The notes: generated from the letters alone by a model not told the origin. Shown: positions 1 to 9,828, numbered from the stretch's first letter. The stretch: 64,000 nt of DNA from an uncultured Iamiaceae bacterium (GCA_964449375.1 CAYVAS010000008.1:2172-66171), one strand, 5' to 3'. Numbers and translations: made by a program.

Positions 1-1202
1 ACGCCCACGTGGTACGCGGGCGTGCCGAAGAACACCAGGTCGCCGGGCTGGGCGTCCTCGGCGTCGACCGGCGTCGCCCAGACCTGCTGGCCCTGGGACA
101 CCCGGGGCATCGAGGTCACCCCGGCGGTCTGGAAGCCCCGCAGCATCAAGCCCGAACAGTCATAGGCGTGCGGACCGGTGCCGCCCCACAGGTAGGGCTT
201 GCCGATCTGGGCGACGATGAAGTTCAGCGCGGTCGCCGTGCGCGGATCGACGGAGCCGGGCACCACGATCGTGCCCACCGGACTCTCCACCCGGATGGAC
301 CCCTCGGGCAGCTCCACGTCGTCGGGAAGCTCATCGAGGGTGCCCGGCGCCATGCCGGGCAGCGCGGCGATCTGCAGGCGCAGCACCGCCCGGTCACGGT
401 CGAGCTTCTCCTCGGCCTCGGTGACCCGCCGTTCCGCGGCCCGCTCGTCGGCTCGGGCCGCGCGCAGATCGGCCTGGGCGGCCTCGTGGCGTTCCCGGGC
501 GGCGGCCGCGCTCGTGGCGGTGTCGGCCTTGGCCGCCTCGGCGTCGGCGACGTGGCGCTTGGCGTCGGTCATGGTGAAGCGCACATAGGTGCGGTAGGGC
601 TTGACCGTCTCGCCGAACTCCACGTCGGCATCCGCGGCCTTCTCGGAGGATCCGTAGCCGGTGTACGCGTGCAGCGCCGCGGCCTGCAGCAGACCGCGGG
701 CGGCTTCCAGATGCTCGCCGGCTTCGTCGTCCACCGCAGAGGCGGCCTCGTAGGTCCGCCGGATGTCGCCCGCCCGGTCCGCGACCTTGCGGGTCTCGGC
801 GATCTGTTTCAGGTAGGCCTCCTTGGCCTTGGACACCTCGACCAGATCGGCGTCGACGGTGAGCGCCGCGTGGAACAGCGGGTCCTCCTCGGCGGAGGGG
901 ATGATCGGTGCGGGCAGCGACGAGAAGCCGTTCGCGTCGGGGTCGTACAGCGACTCGTCCACCGGCGGCAACGTGGTGCCGGGCACCGTGGTCGACGTGG
1001 TGGTCGACGAGGTGGTGGTCGAACTCGGTGGGGTCGGGGCGACGGTGGTCGTCGTGGGTGGGGGGTCCACGACGGTCGTGGGCGGCGTCGTGGAGCCGCC
1101 GGGAGCGGGCTCGTCGGCCGCGGCGGGCATCACGCCCGTCACCACCAGGACCGCGGCCGCCGCGAGCGTCGTACCGCTTCGCCAAAGGCTTCGTCGTTGC
1201 AA
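1..1202 (-). CDS. NlpC/P60 family cell-wall peptidase, RipA-like. It has a signal peptide and a Pro/Thr linker plus coiled-coil region. The catalytic domain is cut by the window edge.
   Basis: Own minus-strand translation, in a frame absent from the ORF track because no stop occurs before position 1. An in-frame TAG at 1211-1209 is followed by CTG 1208 and TTG 1202. The N-terminus MQRRSLWRSGTTLAAAAVLVVTGVMPAAAD looks like a signal peptide. The C-terminal part reads IGKPYLWGGTGPHAYDCSGLMLRGFQTAG...PGDLVFFGTPAYHVG, which is the NlpC/P60 Cys motif. Confidence 0.85.
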   Translation of the reverse strand, partial: MQRRSLWRSGTTLAAAAVLVVTGVMPAAADEPAPGGSTTPPTTVVDPPPTTTTVAPTPPSSTTTSSTTTSTTVPGTTLPPVDESLYDPDANGFSSLPAPIIPSAEEDPLFHAALTVDADLVEVSKAKEAYLKQIAETRKVADRAGDIRRTYEAASAVDDEAGEHLEAARGLLQAAALHAYTGYGSSEKAADADVEFGETVKPYRTYVRFTMTDAKRHVADAEAAKADTATSAAAARERHEAAQADLRAARADERAAERRVTEAEEKLDRDRAVLRLQIAALPGMAPGTLDELPDDVELPEGSIRVESPVGTIVVPGSVDPRTATALNFIVAQIGKPYLWGGTGPHAYDCSGLMLRGFQTAGVTSMPRVSQGQQVWATPVDAEDAQPGDLVFFGTPAYHVG

Positions 1203-1343
1203 CCCCAGCTACTCCTGTCGACCCGAGCGGTGGCCGCCCGTTCCGGTGCACGAGACACCGGTCACAGCACACAGACATTACCAGTGGGCGCCAGAATCGC
1301 AAGGGGTCCGGCGCCCCTCACGGTCCTGGGCCACAAGGCGTGG

Positions 1344-1393
1344 CCGCCGTCCGCGTCGCGGCGCCGGCGGGTCGTTCCCGCCGGCGACGGCGG
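1344..1393. other. GC-rich nested stem-loop in the divergent intergenic region between NlpC/P60 and pepN
   Basis: Outer stem CCGCCGTC (1344-1351) pairs with GACGGCGG (1386-1393). Inner stem GCCGGCGGG (1363-1371) pairs with CCCGCCGGC (1377-1385), with loop TCGTT. Confidence 0.3.
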
Positions 1394-1447
1394 TACGATC
1401 AGGGCCGCATCGCGTCCATCGTCCGAACTCTTCGAGGAGCCACGAAC

Positions 1448-4033
1448 GTGTCAGCCGCCTCCGGCACCACCAACCCCCACCGACTGCCCCGGACGGTGGT
1501 GCCGTCCCGGTACGACCTGACGCTGGAACCCGACCTGGACGCGGCGACCTTCACCGGCACCGCCGACATCGCGGTGGACCTGATCGAGCCGTTGGACGAG
1601 ATCGTCCTCAACGCCGCCGAGCTGACGATCACCCGCGCGGAGGCGATCTACACCGACGGCACCACCCACGAGCTGGAGCCCTCCTACGACCCGGACCACG
1701 AACGGGTCACCCTGGCGCCGGTGGACGAACCCGCACCGGCGGGGCCCGCCACGCTGTCGCTGGACTTCGACGGCATCCTCAACGACAAGCTTCGGGGCTT
1801 CTACCGTTCGACCTTCACCGACACCGAAGGCGTCACCCGCACCCTGGCCACCACCCAGTTCGAGGCGACCGACGCCCGTCGGGCCTTCCCGTGCTTCGAC
1901 GAACCCGACTTCAAGGCGATCTTCGGGGTCAGCCTGATCGTCCCCGACGACCTGCTGGCGATCTCCAACGGCGCGGAGATCGAGCGAACCGACCTGGGGG
2001 GCGGCAAGGTGAAGGTCCGCTTCGCCGACACCATCCAGATGTCGACCTACCTGGTGGCCTTCGTCGTCGGCCCGCTGGAGGCCACCGAGGTCGTCGACGT
2101 CGACGGGGTCCCCCTCCGGGTGGTCCACCCCCTGGGTAAGAGCGGGCTCACCCGCTTCGGCCTGGACATCGGCGCGTCCGCGCTGCGCACCTTCACCGAG
2201 TACTACGGGATCCCCTACCCGGGTGACAAGGTCGACCTGGTGGCGATCCCGGACTTCGCGTTCGGCGCGATGGAGAACCTGGGCTGCATCACCTTCCGGG
2301 AGACCGCGCTGCTGGTCGACCCCGAGGTGGCCACCCAACCCGAGCTCGAACGCGTCGCCGACGTCGTGGCCCACGAGCTGGCCCACATGTGGTTCGGTGA
2401 CCTGGTGACGATGCGCTGGTGGAACGGCATCTGGCTGAACGAGGCCTTCGCCACGTTCATGGAGATGCTGGCCGTGGACCGGTTCCGCCCCGACTGGAAG
2501 CGCTGGTCGACCTTCTCGCTCAGCCGCTCGGCGGCCTTCGACACCGACGCGCTGGCCTCCACCCGGCCGATCGAGTACCCGGTGGAGTCCCCCGCCGACG
2601 CCGAGGGCATGTTCGACATCCTCACCTACGAAAAGGGCGCCTCGGTGCTGCGCATGCTCGAACAGCACCTGGGTCCCGACCAGTTCCGGACCGGTATCCG
2701 CCAGTACCTGAAGACCCACGCCTACGCCAACACCGAGACCAGCGACCTGTGGGACGCGCTGGCCGCCGCCACCGACGCGCCCGTGCGCACGATCGCGGAG
2801 AGCTGGATCTTCCAGGGCGGCCACCCCCTGGTCGAGGTGGCCCGCGGGGACGAACCGAACCAGCTCGTGATCTCCCAGCGGTTGTTCCGCTACCTGGACA
2901 GCTCCGACGAGGCCACCTGGGTGGTGCCCGTCGGGCTGCGGTGGGCCGACGCGGACGGCCGGACCCACGACACCGACGTGCGGCTGGAGGGGACCTCGAC
3001 GACCGTCACCCTGGACGCCGAACCGGCCTGGGTGATCGCCAACCGGGGCGCGGCCGGGTTCTACCGCACCAGCTACGCCCCCGACCTGCGCGCCGCGCTC
3101 GCCGAGGTGGCCCTGGACGTCGCCGAGCCCACCGAGCGCTACACGCTGGTGGACGACACCTGGGCCTCGGTCGTCGCCGGAGCCACGCCGCTGTCGGAGG
3201 ACGTCGCCCTGATCCGGGCGCTGGCCGCCGACGAGGACCTGGCGGTGTGGCGCCGCATCGCGGGGGTGCTGTCGAACCTGGCCCGGATCGCCCACGGCGA
3301 CACCACCGCCACCGAAGCCGTCGCGGCCTTCGTGCGCGAGGTCGCCGGCCCCCTCGCCGACCGGCTGGGCCCGACCGCGGCGACCGACGAGAACGAGCGG
3401 GTCACCAACCTGCGGGCCACCGTGTTCGAGCTGCTCGGCTCCCACGGCGACGTCGCCGAAGTACGACAGCGGGCCGAGGGGATCGTGGACCGGGCCATCT
3501 CGGGCACCCCGGAACCCGGCGACGACCCTTCCCTCACCGACGCCGCGGTCCGCGTCGTGGCCGAGCACCTGGACACCAGCGGCTTCGAACGGTTCCTCGG
3601 CGCGTCCGACGCGGCGACCACCCCCCAGGACACGCTGCGCTACCTGGGTGCGCTGGCCGACGTGCGTGACTCCAAGGTGTTCAACCAGCTCCTCGACCTG
3701 CTCGCCGGCGACCGGGTGCGCACCCAGGACGTGGGCCTGATCCTCAACCGGTCGCTGATGAACCCGGCCAACGCTGCGGCCGCCTGGGCCTTCGTCGAGG
3801 GCAACTGGGACTCGCTGCTCGAACGGTTGCCCTCGAACGCGATCTCCCGCATGGTCACCGGCGTGCGGACCTTCACCGACCCGACCCTGGGCGACCGCGT
3901 CGCCGAGTTCTTCGCCGCGCACCCGGTGCCCCAGGCCGCCAAGGCCTTCGCCCAGCACACCGAGCGGATGCAGGTCATGGTCGCGCTGGCCCAGCGCGAG
4001 CGGGCCGGGCTGACCGCGGCCCTGGGAGGCTGA
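1448..4033 (+). CDS. pepN: Aminopeptidase N (M1 family zinc metallopeptidase)
   Basis: 3' part of ORF 908..4033. GTG 1448 gives VSAASGTTNPHRLPRTVVPSRYDL. Contains the GAMEN motif (FGAMENLGC) and HELAHMWFGD...WLNEAF (HExxH-x18-E). Confidence 0.93.
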   Translation: MSAASGTTNPHRLPRTVVPSRYDLTLEPDLDAATFTGTADIAVDLIEPLDEIVLNAAELTITRAEAIYTDGTTHELEPSYDPDHERVTLAPVDEPAPAGPATLSLDFDGILNDKLRGFYRSTFTDTEGVTRTLATTQFEATDARRAFPCFDEPDFKAIFGVSLIVPDDLLAISNGAEIERTDLGGGKVKVRFADTIQMSTYLVAFVVGPLEATEVVDVDGVPLRVVHPLGKSGLTRFGLDIGASALRTFTEYYGIPYPGDKVDLVAIPDFAFGAMENLGCITFRETALLVDPEVATQPELERVADVVAHELAHMWFGDLVTMRWWNGIWLNEAFATFMEMLAVDRFRPDWKRWSTFSLSRSAAFDTDALASTRPIEYPVESPADAEGMFDILTYEKGASVLRMLEQHLGPDQFRTGIRQYLKTHAYANTETSDLWDALAAATDAPVRTIAESWIFQGGHPLVEVARGDEPNQLVISQRLFRYLDSSDEATWVVPVGLRWADADGRTHDTDVRLEGTSTTVTLDAEPAWVIANRGAAGFYRTSYAPDLRAALAEVALDVAEPTERYTLVDDTWASVVAGATPLSEDVALIRALAADEDLAVWRRIAGVLSNLARIAHGDTTATEAVAAFVREVAGPLADRLGPTAATDENERVTNLRATVFELLGSHGDVAEVRQRAEGIVDRAISGTPEPGDDPSLTDAAVRVVAEHLDTSGFERFLGASDAATTPQDTLRYLGALADVRDSKVFNQLLDLLAGDRVRTQDVGLILNRSLMNPANAAAAWAFVEGNWDSLLERLPSNAISRMVTGVRTFTDPTLGDRVAEFFAAHPVPQAAKAFAQHTERMQVMVALAQRERAGLTAALGG

Positions 4034-4041
4034 TCGAGCCG

Positions 4042-5343
4042 GTGCACCGACTCGACGACGTCACCCACCGCGCGCCGTTGCGCGCTCCGAGCGCCAAGAT
4101 GGGTCCGTTGCGCACCAGCGCGCACCTGGTGCTCGGCTCGGGCCGGTTCGACACCCTGGCCGACTGGCGGGCCCGCACCCGCCGCGGCGGTGGACCCCAC
4201 GCCCGCGGCGTGCGGGTGTTCGCGGTGGAACCCACCAGCGTGCAGATCGACTGGGCCGTGCTGGGTCCCGGCCCGGTGACGGTCCGGGCCGCCGACACCG
4301 CCGTGGAGCTGGTCGCCGACGGCGGTCCGGGCGCGGTGACCCTCGACGACCTGCCATCGGGCCGCTCCCTGACCGTGACGATCACCGGCGACGGCGTCCC
4401 CGGCGACGGCGACGCGGACGGGACGATCCGTCTGGCGGTGACCACCCCCGAACCACCGCCCGGCGCGGAGCTCGCCCGGATCGCCACGATCAACGACGCG
4501 CACGTCGGCGAGACGACCTTCGGGTACCTGCACACCATCGGCGAGGACCGCACCACACCGCCTGCCCAGACCCACACCCTGCGGGCGGTCCGCGCCGCGG
4601 CGGCCGAGGCACTGGCGTGGGGGGCGCAACGTTTCGTGGGCAAGGGCGACATCGTGGACCAGTCCCACCCCGGGAACTGGGCCGCGACCGTCGACGCGCT
4701 CGGTGACCTGCCGATCCCGGTTCACGTGATCGCCGGCAACCACGAGGTCAAGAAGCGCCGCTCGATCGACCCGGGCGACGCGCTGGCCGGCACACCGATC
4801 CACTACACCGACCACGTCGAATCGGTGGACCTGGGCGGTGCGTCGCTGGTGCTGGTGAACACGTCGCTGCCCGACCACGAACGCGGCAGCCTGAACGGTA
4901 CCGGCGACGCGTTGGAGCAGGTGCTGGCCGAGGCCGAAGGCGGCGCCCTGGTGACCCTGCACCACCACCTGCGCACCGGCACCGCGCTGAGCGCCTGGCC
5001 GGTGGGGGTGCCCCGCCGGGAAGCCGCCCCGGTGCTGGACCGGATCGCCCGCGTCCACCCCGACACGATGATCACCAGCGGTCACGTCCACCGGAACCGG
5101 TTGCGCCGCCACGGCCCGCTGGTGGTGACCTGCGTGGGCTCGGTCAAGGACTACCCGGGCGTGTGGGCGGGCTACGTGTTCCACGAGGGTGGCATGCGCC
5201 AGGTGATCCGGCGGGTGGCCGAACCCTCGGTGATCGCCTGGACCGACCGCACCGGCGACGCCCTGGGCGGGCTCTACCGCTTCTGGACCCCCTCCAGCCT
5301 CGCCAAGCGCTGCCCGGTGCTGACCTGGAGATCGACGACCTGA
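4042..5343 (+). CDS. Calcineurin-like metallophosphoesterase with an N-terminal FN3/PAP-N-like region
   Basis: Motifs INDAHVGE, GDIVDQ, AGNHEV, LHHHL and SGHVHRN. The start is uncertain (GTG 4042 or ATG 4099). Confidence 0.8.
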   Translation: MHRLDDVTHRAPLRAPSAKMGPLRTSAHLVLGSGRFDTLADWRARTRRGGGPHARGVRVFAVEPTSVQIDWAVLGPGPVTVRAADTAVELVADGGPGAVTLDDLPSGRSLTVTITGDGVPGDGDADGTIRLAVTTPEPPPGAELARIATINDAHVGETTFGYLHTIGEDRTTPPAQTHTLRAVRAAAAEALAWGAQRFVGKGDIVDQSHPGNWAATVDALGDLPIPVHVIAGNHEVKKRRSIDPGDALAGTPIHYTDHVESVDLGGASLVLVNTSLPDHERGSLNGTGDALEQVLAEAEGGALVTLHHHLRTGTALSAWPVGVPRREAAPVLDRIARVHPDTMITSGHVHRNRLRRHGPLVVTCVGSVKDYPGVWAGYVFHEGGMRQVIRRVAEPSVIAWTDRTGDALGGLYRFWTPSSLAKRCPVLTWRSTT

Positions 5344-5368
5344 CCGCAGCGATCCGACCGCCCGCAGC

Positions 5369-6580
5369 TCAGCCGAATCCCGCGCGGGCCTCGTCGAAAC
5401 CGATGCCCTCGGCGATCCGGGCCCGGAGCTGCACCACGTGGCGGGGCCGATTCATGCCCAGCACCCCCACCAGACGCCCGGCCCGGCCGAACAGGGCGAC
5501 GAAGCGCCGCTCGGCCAACGAACCGTCGACCACCACCATCTGGTCGTCGGCGCGAATCCTGCCGGCCAGCTGCAGTTTGCGGTCGTACTGATCGGACCAG
5601 AACCAGGGCACCGTTCCGAACGGCACGGCGGCGTCACCGGCGAGCAGTGACGCCGCGGCGTGTTCGCCCATGGCCATCGCGTGGTCCCAGTGCTCGATGC
5701 GCATCGGCTCGTCGTCGAAGACCGGGTTGGGCCAGCGCGCCACGTCGCCGGCGGCGACCACCCCGGGCGCCGCGTGGCACGTCGGATCGCACACGACACC
5801 GTCGTCGATCTGCAGGCCCGACCCTTCCAACCAGTCGGTGGCGGGGACGACCCCGATGCCCACCACCACCGTGGAGGTGTCGATCGCCGCGCCGTCGGTC
5901 GTCACCACCCGACGCACCCGCCCGGTGGCGTCGGCCTCCAGGTGGTCCACGCCCGTGCCCAGACGCAGATCCACCCCGTGGTCCCGGTGCAACTCGGCGA
6001 ACACCGTTCCCACCTCCACCCCGAGTGCCCGGGCCATGGGCACCTCCAGGGGTTCGACCAGGCACACCTCGACCCCCAGACCGCGGCAGGTCGCCGCGAT
6101 CTCCGCGCCGATGAAGCCGGCGCCCACCACGACCACCGGCCCGGAGGCGGTGCCGGCGGTGATCTCGGCGCGCAGCGCGGCGGCGTCGTCGAGGGTGCGC
6201 ACCATGTGCACCCCGGCCATCGCCTCGGCTCCGGGCAAGGTCCGGGGCACCGACCCGGTCGCGATCACGATGCCGTCCGCGGTCAGCTCGGACCCGTCGC
6301 TCAGGGTCAGGGTCCGGTTGGGCGCGTCCAGGGCGGTGGCGGCCACCCCGAGCCGCCAGTGCGCGTCCAGTTCCGGGGCGTCGGCGCCGGGCAGGCCCAG
6401 GCGGTCCGCGTCCCAGTCTCCGGCCAGGTACTGCTTGGTCAGCGGCGGCCGGTCATAGGGCCGGTGTGGTTCGGCCCCGATCAGTTCCAAGTGTCCGGTG
6501 AAGCCCGCCCGCCGCAGCGCGCCGGCCGCAGCCAGCCCGGCGGTGGAGGCGCCGACGACCGCGATCGAGTCCAGGGTCAA
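5369..6580 (-). CDS. FAD-dependent NAD(P)H:ferredoxin reductase (putidaredoxin-reductase-like)
   Basis: IAVVGASTAGLAAAGALRR is a Rossmann GxGxxG-like motif, and a second one is VVVVGAGFIGAEIA. The TTG start at 6580 overlaps the ferredoxin stop (TTGA). Confidence 0.88.
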   Translation of the reverse strand: MTLDSIAVVGASTAGLAAAGALRRAGFTGHLELIGAEPHRPYDRPPLTKQYLAGDWDADRLGLPGADAPELDAHWRLGVAATALDAPNRTLTLSDGSELTADGIVIATGSVPRTLPGAEAMAGVHMVRTLDDAAALRAEITAGTASGPVVVVGAGFIGAEIAATCRGLGVEVCLVEPLEVPMARALGVEVGTVFAELHRDHGVDLRLGTGVDHLEADATGRVRRVVTTDGAAIDTSTVVVGIGVVPATDWLEGSGLQIDDGVVCDPTCHAAPGVVAAGDVARWPNPVFDDEPMRIEHWDHAMAMGEHAAASLLAGDAAVPFGTVPWFWSDQYDRKLQLAGRIRADDQMVVVDGSLAERRFVALFGRAGRLVGVLGMNRPRHVVQLRARIAEGIGFDEARAGFG

Positions 6581-6771
6581 TCCTCGACGATGGAGATGGC
6601 CTGTTTCGGGCAGCGCCGCACGGCCTCTTCGATGTTGGGCCGCTTGGACTCGTCGGGGTGCTCGTCGAGGATGTAGAGGAAGTCGTCGTCACGGACCTCG
6701 AAGACCGTGGGTTCGATTCCCATACAGATCGCGTTGGACTCACACAGGTCGAAGTCGACGACCACCTTCAT
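6577..6771 (-). CDS. fdx: Small ferredoxin, probable [3Fe-4S] type
   Basis: 64 aa with CESNAIC...CP cysteine spacing, and Asn at the position of the second Cys of 4Fe-4S ferredoxins. A strong RBS (GGAGGAG) lies upstream of ATG 6771. Confidence 0.88.
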   Translation of the reverse strand: MKVVVDFDLCESNAICMGIEPTVFEVRDDDFLYILDEHPDESKRPNIEEAVRRCPKQAISIVED

Positions 6772-6912
6772 GTTGCACTCCTCCAGGTCGGGTCGTGCCG
6801 CGGCCCACGGAACGAGCTCGGTTCTGCCATTGCCATTCGCACCCTAATCGCGCCGATGCGGCGCGCACCGTCGCCGCGCCAAAGGGACCGACTTCCCGGG
6901 CCCGGCATCGAC

Positions 6913-8142
6913 TCAGGTGAACGCGGACAGACCGGTGACCGCCTGGCCGAGCACGAGTGTGTGCACCTCGTTGGTGCCCTCGTAGGTGTAGACCGATTCG
7001 AGGTTGTTGGCGTGGCGCAGCACCGGATAGTCCAGCGTGACCCCGTTGGCGCCCAGGATCGACCGGGCCTGCCGGGCGACGTCGAGCGCGATGCGCACGT
7101 TGTCCATCTTTCCGAAGCTGACCTGGGCGGCGGTGATCTTGCCGGCGTCCTTGCGGCGGCCCAGGTGCAACGCCAGGAGCTGGGCCTTGTTGACCGCCAC
7201 GAGCGCCTCGACCAGCTTGCGCTGGGTGAGCTGGAACCCGGCGATCGGCCGGTCGAACTGCACCCGCTCCATGGCGTAGCTGCGGGCGGCCTCGTAGCAC
7301 GCGCGCGCCGCGCCCGACGCGCCCCAGAGGATCCCGTAGCGGGCCTCGTTCAGGCACGACAGCGGACCGCGCATCGAGTGCACCTCGGGCAGGCGGGCCG
7401 AGTCGGGGACCCGCACCCCCGACAACACCAGTTCGCTGGTGACCGAGGCCCGCAGCGACAGCTTCGGAGGGACGTCGTTGGCGGTGAATCCGGGAGTGTC
7501 GGTGGGCACGATGAACCCGTGGACGCGACCTGCCCCGTCGCCCTCGGCGTCGGCGCGGGCCCAGATGATGGCGACGTCGGCGATGGCACCGTTGGTGATC
7601 CACATCTTGGTGCCGTCGAGGATCCAGTCGTCGCCGTCGCGCCGTGCCCGGGTGCGCATCGATCCCGGATCCGAGCCCGAGTCCGGTTCGGTCAGCCCGA
7701 AGCAGCCGATCACCTCACCGGCGGCCATACGCGGCAGCCACTCGTTCTTCTGGTCCTCGGATCCGAACATCCAGATGGGGAACATCGACAGCGACCCCTG
7801 GACCGACACGAAACTGCGGATCCCCGAATCGCCGGCCTCCAGCTCGGCACAGGCCAGGCCGTACTGGACCGCCGAGGTGCCGGCGCAGCCATAGCCGTGC
7901 AGGTTCATCCCCAGCAGTCCCAGCGCGCCCAGTTCGGGGCCCAGCTCCGCGGGGATCGTGCCCTGCTCGAACCATTCGGCGATGTCGGGCAGCACCCGGT
8001 CGCCGACGAACGAGCGCACCGTGTCGCGCAGCAGGATCTCGGTTTCGTCGAGCAGTTCGTCGATGCCGAGGAAGTCGAGCGGGTCGTCGCCGCCCTGATG
8101 GGTCACGTGGGCCGGGTCGGTGCGCGGGTCGATCGAAACCAT
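6913..8142 (-). CDS. gcdH: Acyl-CoA dehydrogenase, glutaryl-CoA dehydrogenase-like
   Basis: Motifs GCFGLTEPDSGSDPGSM, KMWITNG and the C-terminal LGANGVTLDYPVLRHANNLESVYTYEGTNEVHTLVLGQAVTG. I prefer ATG 8142 (MVSIDP) over the track start at 8229. Confidence 0.85.
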   Translation of the reverse strand: MVSIDPRTDPAHVTHQGGDDPLDFLGIDELLDETEILLRDTVRSFVGDRVLPDIAEWFEQGTIPAELGPELGALGLLGMNLHGYGCAGTSAVQYGLACAELEAGDSGIRSFVSVQGSLSMFPIWMFGSEDQKNEWLPRMAAGEVIGCFGLTEPDSGSDPGSMRTRARRDGDDWILDGTKMWITNGAIADVAIIWARADAEGDGAGRVHGFIVPTDTPGFTANDVPPKLSLRASVTSELVLSGVRVPDSARLPEVHSMRGPLSCLNEARYGILWGASGAARACYEAARSYAMERVQFDRPIAGFQLTQRKLVEALVAVNKAQLLALHLGRRKDAGKITAAQVSFGKMDNVRIALDVARQARSILGANGVTLDYPVLRHANNLESVYTYEGTNEVHTLVLGQAVTGLSAFT

Positions 8143-8295
8143 GGCCAGATGACTACCACCCCCACCCGCCGGGTGCGAGTCCGTCCGCGACGCCTCTGGT
8201 GCCTCCGGGCCGGTGCGGTCCCGTGCCACACCGATCCGGCGGAGATGACAAGATGACCGAAGGTGGCCTCAGCGCGCCGAGACAAGGAGACGACC

Positions 8296-9135
8296 ATGAG
8301 CAGGATCATCGTTGGAGTCGAGGGCTCCGAGAACGGAGCGATCGCGTTGCAGTGGGCGGTCGAGGCGGGCCGCAAGCGCGGCGACGAGGTGATCGCCGTG
8401 CTCGCCTGGACGTTCTTCGACCAGGGCTACCGACCGACCGGTGCGGAGATGCAACCCGAGTTCACCGCCGCTGACGCGGACCGGGTGCTGGCCAACGCCG
8501 TCGAGGCCGCCGGCTTGACCGGTCAGGTCACCCAGAAGACGATCAAGGGAACCGCTCCCGAGGCCATGGCCGAGTTCGCCGAACCCGACGACCTGCTCGT
8601 GATCGGCGCCCGGGGTCTGGGCGGCTTCGAGGGGATGCTGCTGGGGTCGGTGAGCCAGCGGATGTTGGAACTCGCCCCCTGCCCGGTCGCGGTGATCCGC
8701 CCCGAGGGCAGCACCTCACCGGAGGGACCCATCGTGGTGGGCGTCGACGGCTCCGAACTGTCCACCCGGGCGCTGCACTGGGCCGCCACCCACGCCCGTG
8801 CCACGGGCAACCCGATCCGGATCGTGCACGCCTGGCAGTGGCCGGTCCTGGCCGAGATCACCGTGCCCGAGGTCTTCGACGCCCTGGAGGCGGCCGCCAG
8901 GGAACGCCTCGAGGAAGCCGCGGCCGACCCGGCGCTGGAAGGCCTGGAGGTCCAGGCCGAGACCGTCAACAGCGGCGCGGCTCGGGCGCTGCTGGCCCAC
9001 GACACCTCCGCCGCGATGATCGTGGTGGCCAACCGTGGCCTGGGCACGATCAAGCGGGTGTTTCTGGGCTCGACCAGCCGCCAGCTCACCCTGCACGCCA
9101 CCTGCCCGGTCGTGGTGGTTCCCGGCCGGGACTGA
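8296..9135 (+). CDS. Universal stress protein with tandem UspA domains
   Basis: Two repeats of IVVGVDGSE...A..WA...A and GARGLGG / NRGLGT followed by LGS(V/T)S..L....CPV.V. ATG 8296 is preceded by AAGGAG. Confidence 0.88.
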   Translation: MSRIIVGVEGSENGAIALQWAVEAGRKRGDEVIAVLAWTFFDQGYRPTGAEMQPEFTAADADRVLANAVEAAGLTGQVTQKTIKGTAPEAMAEFAEPDDLLVIGARGLGGFEGMLLGSVSQRMLELAPCPVAVIRPEGSTSPEGPIVVGVDGSELSTRALHWAATHARATGNPIRIVHAWQWPVLAEITVPEVFDALEAAARERLEEAAADPALEGLEVQAETVNSGAARALLAHDTSAAMIVVANRGLGTIKRVFLGSTSRQLTLHATCPVVVVPGRD

Positions 9136-9144
9136 AACCTTCTC

Positions 9145-9221
9145 TGGTGGAGGTGATGGGATTCGAACCCACGACCTCTTCGATGCGACCGAAGCGCTCT
9201 AGCCAGCTGAGCTACACCCCC
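9145..9221 (-). tRNA. tRNA-Ala (anticodon CGC), CCA encoded
   Basis: Hand-folded cloverleaf. Acceptor GGGGGTG/CACCTCC includes the G3:U70 pair. D-arm is GCTC..GAGC. Anticodon stem CTTCG/CGAAG carries loop GTCGCAT. T-arm is GTGGG-TTCGAAT-CCCAT. Discriminator A is followed by CCA. Confidence 0.93.
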
Positions 9222-9336
9222 AGAGGTGAGTTCCGATTCTAGCGCCGGCGGGCCCGCCGGCTCCGATCCGGGCCTTGTGACCCATTTGTCAGCAGATCCG
9301 GACTCTCCCGCTCAAGATCGCGCCGTGGTCGTGCCG

Positions 9337-9828
9337 ATGTTCTGGATCATGACCACCGAAGCAACTTCCTCTCCTGATTCGCCGCCCCGCAGCCGGTTCC
9401 GCTCGTCGCGGATGATCGGCCTGCTGGTCGCCGGCGCGCTCTCCGTGGCCGTCCTCGCCGGTTGCCTGAGCGAGGACCAGACCACCGTCCAGACCCACGT
9501 CAACAACTCCCGGCGCTCCGCCGGAGTGCACCAGCTCGCCAACTACGGACCGGCGAGCACCAAGGCTCAGAACTGGGCCGAACACCTGGCCGCCATCGGC
9601 TACCTCAAGCACTCCAACCTGACCAGCGGCTACCAGCCGGGCACCTGGTGCCGGCTCGGCGAGAACGTGGGCATGGGCCCCAGCCTGGCGTCCATCCACA
9701 ACGCGTTTCTGAACTCGCCATCGCACCGGGCCAACCTGCTGAGCCCCTACTACGACCACATGGGCAGCGGCGTGGCCAAGCGAGGGAACACGTACTTCGT
9801 GGTCCACGAGTTCGTCGACGTCTGCTGA
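9337..9828 (+). CDS. CAP/SCP/PR-1-like domain secreted lipoprotein
   Basis: Lipobox VLAGC follows the basic n-region RSRFRSSRMIGLL. The CAP-like core reads HVNNSRRSAG...NWAEHLA...GENVG...FLNSPSHRANLL...MGSGVA. The track start at 9226 abuts the tRNA, so an internal ATG (9337, 9349 or 9412) is more likely. Confidence 0.75.
   Translation: MFWIMTTEATSSPDSPPRSRFRSSRMIGLLVAGALSVAVLAGCLSEDQTTVQTHVNNSRRSAGVHQLANYGPASTKAQNWAEHLAAIGYLKHSNLTSGYQPGTWCRLGENVGMGPSLASIHNAFLNSPSHRANLLSPYYDHMGSGVAKRGNTYFVVHEFVDVC

Noticed and set aside
1203-1447. A ydaO/c-di-AMP riboswitch upstream of the NlpC/P60 gene
   Set aside because: I looked for the conserved ydaO elements I remember (GGGGACCCA-type and GGGGUGAAUC-type segments, and ...CCGACAGCUAACCUCG...). 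I found only loose resemblance (GUCGACAGGAGUAGCUGG). I have left it as a generic structured leader that needs cmsearch.
9-1520. 503-aa plus-strand ORF, plus the overlapping ORFs 199..588, 394..1302 and 823..2139
   Set aside because: The translations are Arg/Gly/His/Pro-rich and low in complexity, which is typical of off-frame reading of high-GC DNA. The region is explained by the NlpC/P60 gene on the minus strand (clear catalytic motif) and by pepN starting at 1448.
1451-3958. 835-aa minus-strand ORF antisense to pepN
   Set aside because: It is an antisense shadow ORF with no motifs and a biased Gly/Arg/Val/Asp composition. pepN on the plus strand has GAMEN and HExxH-E motifs.
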